Positions 1 through 8,465 of a DNA stretch of 64,000 nt are shown here, piece after piece (position 1 is the first letter of the stretch; each line of letters starts with the position of its first letter). This DNA is from Turneriella parva. Lineage in GTDB: Bacteria; Spirochaetota; Leptospiria; Turneriellales; Turneriellaceae. Location: contig DYPL01000004.1 in NCBI GenBank assembly GCA_020719945.1, forward strand, positions 12,927 through 76,926, read 5' to 3'. Position numbers and translations under genes: made by a program. The notes below the pieces were generated by a model. The model did not search any database. It saw nothing but the letters and a program-made list of their open reading frames with translations, and had not been told where the DNA came from.

Positions 1-2
1 AA

Positions 3-263
3 GCAGCCGAACTGCGCGTTGCCTGGGAGACAAAACCGCTCATCAATAATGGCATTGTCGTGCGCAACGATGTTCCGCCAGAAATTGCAGAAAAAGTACG
101 GCAGGTTCTTACGGAAATGCATACGACGGCATGCGGGAAAAAGATTCTTTCCCGCATGCCGCTTTCAAAATTTGAAAGGGCTGATAATAATACATATAGA
201 GTTATAGAACACTTCATAAAAGTCTTTGCCAGAGAAGTTCGCCCGCCGGAGGGAAGCCAGTGA
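3..263 (+). CDS. C-terminal part of a PhnD-like periplasmic substrate-binding protein (5' end lies outside the window)
   Basis: The frame is open from the window edge (AAELRVAWETKPLINNGIVVRNDVPPEIAEKVRQVL...). The pattern resembles C-termini of phosphonate/PhnD-type SBPs. The stop overlaps the GTG of the next gene (GTGA at 260-263). Confidence 0.55.
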   Translation, partial: AAELRVAWETKPLINNGIVVRNDVPPEIAEKVRQVLTEMHTTACGKKILSRMPLSKFERADNNTYRVIEHFIKVFAREVRPPEGSQ

Positions 264-1774
264 AACAGAATATATCCTGGCAAAGACCGCGTAGAGCTGT
301 TTTCTCGCTGCGTGATAAAATCGTTCTTATTTTCGTTACCGGCTTTATTGTGCTCACGATTCTGTTTCTCTTCGCGGCAGTCTTTTTTCAGCAATCCTTC
401 CTAAATAGAACGAGCAAGGTGTACTTAACGGGTCTCGTTCAGTCCTTCGCTGTGAGCGCAAGGCCATGGGTCTTAGCAAGTGATGTCGTTGGATTGCAGG
501 AACTGCTCCACTCTATCAGCACGTATCCAGATATTTCGTATGCCATGGTGATTTCCAAGTCGGGACGAGTGCTTGCACATTCTGATACTTCGCGGATTGG
601 TTTGTATCTAGCCGATTCTACAAGTCGCAGGCTTCTGGAAGCCAGGCCAGAAATTCTGTATCTGGATGAGTCCTTTCGTTTTATCGATATTGCGATCCCC
701 ATTGTTTCGGAGAGCTTGCCGGTTGCATGGGTGCGCGTTGGAATAGAAAGAAGAGAAATTCTGCAAAATGTTTTATCTTTGATTTTAGGTGGCGGTTTGT
801 TTCTTCTTTTTTCTGCCGGGCTCTCTTTTCTTGCATCGTATTTTCTCTCCGAAAGTCTCAGCAGAGAACTGGACAATTTAGCGTCTGCGGCTGAATCAAT
901 AAAAATAGGGCGCAGAGATATAAGAGCCCCGGGAGGCAAAACAAGAGAAATATCCAGGCTTTCTGACAGTATAAATAATATGCTCGATACGCTCATCGAG
1001 GGAGAGAACGAGCTGCACGCTCTGAACCAGCATCTTACGGATGAGGTGAAGGAACAGGTTACTCAAAACAGATCCAAAGATTTAATGTTGATACAGCAGT
1101 CGCGGCTTGCCGCCATGGGGGAAATGCTGCACAACATTGCGCACCAGTGGAGGCAGCCACTCAATTCCATTTCGTTAGTGGTAGCGACCATGGAAGACGA
1201 GATGCAGTATGGCGAACTCAATAAGGAAAATATGGAACGACATGCCAAAAAAATATATCAACTGATAACGGCCATGTCGCGAACCATAGACGATTTCAGG
1301 AATTTCTTTAGACCGGATAAACAGCCAGAGGACTTCAATATTTCTGAATCCGTGCGCAGTGCCCTTTCGTTAATGGAAATATCGCTCAAGCATGCCGGTA
1401 TTCACGTGGAGACAGAGCTGCCCCAAAAAGCAATCTCTCACGGTTATCCAAACCAGTTTGCTCATGCGATTCTCAATCTCATTTCCAATGCGAGGGACGC
1501 AGTTAAAGCGCTTCGTTCCGAGGGCGGCTGGATTCGCATCGCAGTACAACTGTCGGACTCCACAGTTGAACTGGAAGTTTCTGACAATGGCACTGGCATT
1601 CCTCAAGATATTCTGGAACGAATATTTGATCCCTATTTTACCACAAAGAAAACTGGCAGCGGAATTGGTTTATACATGACGCGCATGATTGTAGAAAACA
1701 CCCATGGCACTGTTGTCGCTGGGAATACGCCAGACGGTGCTCTCGTCCGCATTACTTTGCCGCGAGTGCTGTAG
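260..1774 (+). CDS. Sensor histidine kinase (two TM segments flanking a periplasmic sensor region, HAMP-like linker, HisKA, HATPase_c)
   Basis: 504-aa ORF. TM helices IVLIFVTGFIVLTILFLFAAVFF and LILGGGLFLLFSAGLSFLASYFL. H-box HNIAHQWRQPLN, N-box NLISNARDA, G-boxes DNGTGIP and GSGIGLYM. Confidence 0.85.
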   Translation: MKQNISWQRPRRAVFSLRDKIVLIFVTGFIVLTILFLFAAVFFQQSFLNRTSKVYLTGLVQSFAVSARPWVLASDVVGLQELLHSISTYPDISYAMVISKSGRVLAHSDTSRIGLYLADSTSRRLLEARPEILYLDESFRFIDIAIPIVSESLPVAWVRVGIERREILQNVLSLILGGGLFLLFSAGLSFLASYFLSESLSRELDNLASAAESIKIGRRDIRAPGGKTREISRLSDSINNMLDTLIEGENELHALNQHLTDEVKEQVTQNRSKDLMLIQQSRLAAMGEMLHNIAHQWRQPLNSISLVVATMEDEMQYGELNKENMERHAKKIYQLITAMSRTIDDFRNFFRPDKQPEDFNISESVRSALSLMEISLKHAGIHVETELPQKAISHGYPNQFAHAILNLISNARDAVKALRSEGGWIRIAVQLSDSTVELEVSDNGTGIPQDILERIFDPYFTTKKTGSGIGLYMTRMIVENTHGTVVAGNTPDGALVRITLPRVL

Positions 1775-1961
1775 GGAAGACTTTTTCTGATTAGGCGTGG
1801 GGGCCCTGCGGGCGGGGTACTTTTTCCCAGAAGAAAAAGTTTTGCAGCCAAAGAAGCTATCGTTCTATTGAATTTTTACGTTCGTTAAGCTGCAGCTCCT
1901 TATTGTATCGCTTGTATACATAAGTGACCGCTTTTCAACTTTACTTGTTATAAAAGAATTT

Positions 1962-3023
1962 TTGTTAGCATTTGTGCAAACTGTTCATTCCTTTCAATGC
2001 GCCGATTCAAGAGACATGTCATTTCTCGAAAATGAAAGCGTTCATCTCGTAGTGACATCTCCCCCTTATCCTATGATCAGCATGTGGGATGAACAGTTTT
2101 CCAAAATTATTCCAGGTCTGGAGAACGATCTACTAGAGAATCCTGTCACTGCGTTTGAAAAAATGCATACAGTGCTGGATTCTGTCTGGAGGGAGACAGC
2201 CAGGGTGATTCGCCCCGGAGGTATAGTGGCCATCAATATTGGCGATGCAGTGAGAACAATCCATGGTGACTTTGCATTATACCCAAATCATTCCAGAATT
2301 ATCGAATCGATGTTGCGAAACGGATTTTCTGCTCTACCTCCCATACTTTGGAGAAAGCAGACAAATGCACCTAACAAGTTTATGGGGAGTGGAATGCTGC
2401 CGGGTGGAGCTTACGTAACATATGAACATGAGTATATTCTGATTTTCCGGAAAGGTAGTAAAAGAATATTCTCAGAAGAAGAGAAAAAAATTAGGGCTGA
2501 ATCTGCCTATTTCTGGGAAGAAAGAAATATCTGGTTTTCTGATCTTTGGGAATTTAAGGGAATTAGACAGATAATGGACTCGGATGTCAGATTCAGAAGT
2601 GCTGCCTTTCCATTGGAGTTGCCATTTCGGTTGATTCAAATGTATTCCATGTATGGAGATACGGTTTTGGATCCATTTGTGGGCTTGGGTACAACGTCGC
2701 TGGCAGCCATGATTTCGGGAAGAAATTCTTTAGGAGTGGATCTGGAGGCTGGAATATTTTCGCTTTCGAAAATGGATATTGAAAAAATTTCAACAGAAAT
2801 TGTATCCCGAAGGTTTCAGAATCATGTTTCGTTTGTTCAGAAAGAAATACAAAATGGCCGAGAGTTTCGCCACATTAATGAAACTTATGACTTTGAGGTA
2901 ATGACGAGCCAGGAAAAGAAAATTCAGTTTTATCAGGCTCGGGAGATTCAGAAAATCTCTGAAGAAAAATGGATAATCCATCACAATGCCTACTTTCCAG
3001 AGGCTGGGAAGAAGGTTAGTTAA
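1962..3023 (+). CDS. Beta-class N4/N6 DNA methyltransferase with SPPY motif IV (predicted N4-cytosine type), no adjacent nuclease
   Basis: Motif IV VVTSPPYP lies near the N-terminus and motif I DPFVGLGTT near the C-terminus (IV before I gives the beta permutation). TTG start at 1962. The gene is AT-richer than its neighbours by spot counts. Confidence 0.85.
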   Translation: MLAFVQTVHSFQCADSRDMSFLENESVHLVVTSPPYPMISMWDEQFSKIIPGLENDLLENPVTAFEKMHTVLDSVWRETARVIRPGGIVAINIGDAVRTIHGDFALYPNHSRIIESMLRNGFSALPPILWRKQTNAPNKFMGSGMLPGGAYVTYEHEYILIFRKGSKRIFSEEEKKIRAESAYFWEERNIWFSDLWEFKGIRQIMDSDVRFRSAAFPLELPFRLIQMYSMYGDTVLDPFVGLGTTSLAAMISGRNSLGVDLEAGIFSLSKMDIEKISTEIVSRRFQNHVSFVQKEIQNGREFRHINETYDFEVMTSQEKKIQFYQAREIQKISEEKWIIHHNAYFPEAGKKVS

Positions 3024-3040
3024 TTAAATCCCTCTCCATC

Positions 3041-3598
3041 TCAAAACTCCAGAACAGATGGGTCAGAAACTGAATAAATAGAAGAAGTATTCCGCAAAAA
3101 ACCTCGGTAATCAAGACCATAACCCACTACAAAAGAATCGTCTATAGAAAAGCCAATGTATTTGGGTTTAATCGATAAAGCATGCTTGTGAGGCTTAATC
3201 AAAAAAGAAGCAATTTCCAGAGAAGCTGGATTCCGGGTTTGAAGCATGGCGAGCAGAGTGTTCAGAGTTAAACCGGTATCAATTATATCCTCTGCAATAA
3301 TGACATGGCAACCTGCTATGTCGTCCCGCAGATCCTTGTGGATTTTTACATTGCCGGAACTATGCATTTCATTGCCGTAAGAACTCACTTCCATAAAATC
3401 TACGCGCAGTGGAAGATCAATGGCGCGAACAAGATCGGCTGCAAAAATAAAAGAACCGCGCAGCGGCGCAATAATTACAAGAGGCAATTTGTCCCGGTAA
3501 TCACTGGTAATAGAATTACCGAGCTCAAGAATTTTTTCGCGGATGGCTTCTTCTGGAATAAGTCTGGTGAGTTTTTTGGTGGATTCAGAAAGTTTCAT
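3041..3598 (-). CDS. hpt: Hypoxanthine(-guanine) phosphoribosyltransferase
   Basis: 185 aa. PRPP-binding loop VIIAEDIIDTGLTL, and the LRGS and DFM/VSSYG motifs typical of HPRT. 4-nt overlap with the upstream gene. Confidence 0.9.
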   Translation of the reverse strand: MKLSESTKKLTRLIPEEAIREKILELGNSITSDYRDKLPLVIIAPLRGSFIFAADLVRAIDLPLRVDFMEVSSYGNEMHSSGNVKIHKDLRDDIAGCHVIIAEDIIDTGLTLNTLLAMLQTRNPASLEIASFLIKPHKHALSIKPKYIGFSIDDSFVVGYGLDYRGFLRNTSSIYSVSDPSVLEF

Positions 3599-5130
3599 GG
3601 AACATTCCTTAGAGGGCGGTAGAGAACGTCAACGCCCTTCTCGAGATAGCCAATCCAGATATAGTCGTTTTCTATGCGCACCGTCTGTACATCGTCCGAA
3701 GAGAGACCTTCGTATACGCCCAGCTTTTCAATTTTGCCGGTATCCCGATTGTAAATCCGGAGGCCTTCCCCCGTGGTACCAATATAAATTTCTGCTTCGC
3801 GGATCGCCATGGAAGAGGGATACCGAATATCCCAGTGGTATTTTTCCAGATTTTCTGTTTCGGGATCGTAACGAAAAATTCCACCATTGTGAACGCCCAG
3901 CCATATAAAGCGCCCGTCAATAAGAATTGTCTTAATGTTATTTCCGTTGAGTCCTTTCTCGGTGTTGACAACATGCTTTTTATTTGTCTGCCTGTCCAGA
4001 ATAATGGCACCATGGTCCAAAGTTCCAAAGGCAAGATACCGGGGAGAAGACGAAAGAGCATATACCTGGTTGGTTCCCAAAAAAGATGCAAAGGAAAGAT
4101 TCTCTACCGCAGAGGTTACAATATCGAATTTAGCAGCTCCGGACATAAGGGTAGAGAAGTAGAGATAGCGATCGTCCTTAACAACCTTTTGTGCCAGATG
4201 AAGATTTCCCGACGGAGATTTTAGAGACTTAACGTTAGAAGACTTTTTGTCATAAATATATACGCCATCAAAAGTAGCTGCGTAGATTGTATCCGAGTCT
4301 ATGTAAACATCGCGAATGTTCGGGCTTGGCAGCGGAATTTTTTCCATCGTTCCAGAAGATCGTATAAAGCGATGCAACCCGCCGTTAAACGTGGCAATAT
4401 AAATATCGTCACCATCAATTTCAATATCCGAAATACTGGGGTCAAAAAAACTATCTGCCGCCTTAAAACGTTCAATCACAATTTTTCTCTCTAACAGCAG
4501 ATTGTATTTTTCACGGGCGCCACCGAGACGATAGTATTCTTCTAAATGTTCATAGGCTGCGGCGCGGTTCTTCAATCGATCCAGATACAAAAACGTGAGC
4601 TCGTATTCCAATTCTCTTCGCTGCACGCGATTCATGGTTTTATCTGTGCGCAACAGTGTCTCTATGGCTTCGGCAAGCTGGGGAAATTCGCGCATGTCCC
4701 GGTATATGCGAATTTTAAGAAGAGCAATTTCAGGAGAATATTTGCCTTCGGAAAACTGTTCTTCATAGGCTCGCAGATGCCTTAATGATCGTGCAAAATT
4801 TCCAGTGTGGGAATACGAGTCGGCAAGAAAATAATCTACTTCGCGCGCATGTTCATAATGCGGGTATCTATTTCGCAAAATAGAATAGAGACGAATTGCC
4901 TCTCTATATTTTTTCTGGTTGCGATAAATTTCAGCAGATCGGAAAATCGCCTCCCGCACGCGGTATTCAAAGGGATAGGTTTCTTCGTACAAAGAATACA
5001 GTTCAAGAGCTTTGTCAAACTGGGACCTGGCTTCCAGCGCAATTCCCCGGTTGATAAGTTTGTCGGGATCTTCTGTCGCTGCAAAGATAGAAGATCCGAG
5101 TAGAAGAATGGCGAACAGTTTATTGAGCAT
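3595..5130 (-). CDS. Secreted TPR plus beta-propeller (two-component-regulator-propeller-like repeats) protein
   Basis: Signal-like start MLNKLFAILLLGSSIFA at 5130 (the ORF track begins at 5214). N-terminal TPR-like helices, then seven repeats of the type xxIYIATFNGGLHRF / RFIWLGVHNGGIFRYD. Confidence 0.6.
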   Translation of the reverse strand: MLNKLFAILLLGSSIFAATEDPDKLINRGIALEARSQFDKALELYSLYEETYPFEYRVREAIFRSAEIYRNQKKYREAIRLYSILRNRYPHYEHAREVDYFLADSYSHTGNFARSLRHLRAYEEQFSEGKYSPEIALLKIRIYRDMREFPQLAEAIETLLRTDKTMNRVQRRELEYELTFLYLDRLKNRAAAYEHLEEYYRLGGAREKYNLLLERKIVIERFKAADSFFDPSISDIEIDGDDIYIATFNGGLHRFIRSSGTMEKIPLPSPNIRDVYIDSDTIYAATFDGVYIYDKKSSNVKSLKSPSGNLHLAQKVVKDDRYLYFSTLMSGAAKFDIVTSAVENLSFASFLGTNQVYALSSSPRYLAFGTLDHGAIILDRQTNKKHVVNTEKGLNGNNIKTILIDGRFIWLGVHNGGIFRYDPETENLEKYHWDIRYPSSMAIREAEIYIGTTGEGLRIYNRDTGKIEKLGVYEGLSSDDVQTVRIENDYIWIGYLEKGVDVLYRPLRNVP

Positions 5131-6268
5131 CCTCAAATTTCTCCAGTCTGGTTTCCATGAATATTCTGGCTGTGGCATTGTTTTCAGTTTCGGCAAGTAT
5201 GCGGAACAAAACAAGTTTTTTAGAGATGAGGCTGTCCGGAGAATGCTGGAAAAGCGCTATCCGCGCGGACGAATCGGGATATAGGATAAATCTCCGAAGA
5301 AAAGAGCTGTCCTGTTGAAATTCCGGGTGTTGTAAAATTTGTTTCAAGAATGGGAAAAAGGGAGACGGATCTTCCGAAGACTTTATTAACATCTCCAGAT
5401 AAGAGAAATCCTTATGTATAAATAAATGCATGCATTCTACAGATTGCCAATCCCGCGAGCAGATTGTTCGTACCATAGCGGCGTCAATGTGTTCGGGAAC
5501 TTTGTTGCGGTAAAACCAGGCGCGGCGCAGGGATGCAATCTGAATGTTCGCAGAGCGAGTATCGTTGGCGTCAACAAGAAACAGAGCGGTTTCGTCTTCT
5601 ACGGCTGCATGGCTGTGCACGAGAAATTTTTCAGGATCGACGCCGTTTTCAAACATAAGCCGGGCAAAAAAAACAGCTTTGTCTTCTGGCATGGAAGATA
5701 AAGAGGCAGCAGAGAGTGACCTTATGTTCTTTAACGCCTCGGAGTCTGCCGGATCGCGCAGTAAAGCCAGGTAAAGGTAAGGAGCCGAAAGATTCTCCCG
5801 GATGATTTCTAAAGGGACGGCGCGAAGCAGAAAATTCCATCGACTCTCCATAACCTTGGGCGGCAATGTAAAAAAGTACTCTGCCAGCTTTAACCTGCGA
5901 AAGGCGAGAATGTATTCTTCCAGAAATGTGTGCGAACTGTTTTCTTCTATGAGTAAAAAAGCGTAAAGAAGCCTTGTGTCTGGGTTGTCGACAGATCGTT
6001 TTTCGAGTTCGCGAAACGTAAGTTCCGCGTCTATGGACAGGGCGGCCTGGAGTAGTTTTTCAGAGCAGCTCGCAAAATGCGCTGTTTCGGCGGAATACAG
6101 GAGGGGGGAAATATCGGCTGGCTTTCCATTCTGTTGAAACCATTCAATGGCGGCGTGCATTTTTTCGCGAGATGTACGGCTGGTAAGATTATCTATCGCT
6201 TCGCTGCGCGTTGCAACAGAGAAAGCGGGAATCAATGCAAAGAAAAATAATAGAATCTTATAGCTCAT
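5120..6268 (-). CDS. Hypothetical secreted protein
   Basis: Likely start MSYKILLFFFALIPAFSVA (signal peptide) at 6268. 11-nt overlaps with both neighbours. No recognisable domain. Confidence 0.5.
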   Translation of the reverse strand: MSYKILLFFFALIPAFSVATRSEAIDNLTSRTSREKMHAAIEWFQQNGKPADISPLLYSAETAHFASCSEKLLQAALSIDAELTFRELEKRSVDNPDTRLLYAFLLIEENSSHTFLEEYILAFRRLKLAEYFFTLPPKVMESRWNFLLRAVPLEIIRENLSAPYLYLALLRDPADSEALKNIRSLSAASLSSMPEDKAVFFARLMFENGVDPEKFLVHSHAAVEDETALFLVDANDTRSANIQIASLRRAWFYRNKVPEHIDAAMVRTICSRDWQSVECMHLFIHKDFSYLEMLIKSSEDPSPFFPFLKQILQHPEFQQDSSFLRRFILYPDSSARIALFQHSPDSLISKKLVLFRILAETENNATARIFMETRLEKFEDAQ

Positions 6269-6737
6269 AGTTTTCGTGTTCGGGAATTTCCCGGTGGCGA
6301 AAATGCCAAAACAAAAACACGACAATAAGCAGCGATGCAAAGGATACTCCAAAATACCATATCTGATACTGAAGAAAATTTGTCTCTTTATTCTGCCTTT
6401 CTATTTCTGCGGGTTCTCCATCCGTGAATTTAAGAATGGTCACTTTTTCCGGGTATAGAAAAAATTCGCGGGAGAATTTCTCCATCGCTTTTTCGTCGTC
6501 GCTTAAAATGCCGAGTTCCTGCTGCAATTCTGCCTTTTGTTTTTCAAGGATCGCAATTTCGGATTCAAGAGTGGACTTTTCTTTCTTTAGTAGATTGAAA
6601 TGAACTAGACCGCTCTCGCTAAAGAAATACACGTATCCCAAAAACTGAACTGCGAGCAATGCGGTTGGAACAGAGAGCCAGTGGTGGCGGAGCCGCGCCC
6701 AGCTCCGGGAAAAAATCCGGTTGAGCGCGGACTTCAT
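6258..6737 (-). CDS. ftsB: Septum formation initiator (FtsB/DivIC-like) protein with an extra C-terminal TM segment
   Basis: N-terminal TM segment, then a coiled coil LESEIAILEKQKAELQQELGIL...EKFSREFF. Conserved position directly downstream of eno. Confidence 0.65.
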   Translation of the reverse strand: MKSALNRIFSRSWARLRHHWLSVPTALLAVQFLGYVYFFSESGLVHFNLLKKEKSTLESEIAILEKQKAELQQELGILSDDEKAMEKFSREFFLYPEKVTILKFTDGEPAEIERQNKETNFLQYQIWYFGVSFASLLIVVFLFWHFRHREIPEHENYEL

Positions 6738-6740
6738 GAA

Positions 6741-8033
<1,293 letters not shown>

Positions 8034-8119
8034 TCACAAATGTGGCAGTTTTGTAAACCTTTTTGAGGGACCCTTGAGTTGTATTACAGGTTGATGGGAA
8101 ATCCCTGTGATCGGTTGCC

Positions 8120-8200
8120 CCTCCGTGGACTTTTTGCCTGCGGCTTGATACGCATTTACCCTACGGGCACAGGCAGACCTAAAGATGGAATGCAATTCAA
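8120..8200 (+). repeat. Interspersed intergenic repeat R1, copy A (58-nt core plus a distal block)
   Basis: The core CCTCCGTGGACTTTTTGCCTGCGGCTTGATACGCATTTACCCTACGGGCACAGGCAGA is nearly identical to copies at 33083-33166 (reverse strand) and 54063-54147. The distal ATGGAATGCAATT block is shared with copy B. Confidence 0.8.
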
Positions 8201-8465
8201 AATGCTGCCAAGAAGGCCTCCGTCCATTCATGTAGCCAGCGGTTCTGATTTTGATTTGGCAAGAGTCCATTTAGGTGATTTTAACGGAGATAGCAAAGAT
8301 GACATATTTAGAATCTCCGGTGCCAACAGCAGCGTAACGCAGTTATATTTTAGTACAGGGAATTTGAATTTAACAGCCCTACCCGGGCAGGGATTTTTGC
8401 CGGCAGAGGTTTTTTGGTTGTTAAAGGGATCACGCATGGATAAGCTTAGCCGCATAAATGACTGA
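8190..8465 (+). pseudogene. Possible relic of an FG-GAP/VCBS-repeat protein (C-terminal fragment only)
   Basis: The frame encodes ...DFDLARVHLGDFNGDSKDDIFRISGANSSVTQLYFSTGN..., a typical FG-GAP/VCBS calcium-binding repeat. The only in-frame ATG lies inside repeat R1. The fragment overlaps the start of the next gene. Confidence 0.35.

Noticed and set aside
8300-8457. Expected glycine riboswitch upstream of the AGCS-type symporter
   Set aside because: AGCS genes are often glycine-riboswitch controlled. I could not find the conserved GGAGAG...CACCG / CTCTGGAGAG-type cores in this leader.
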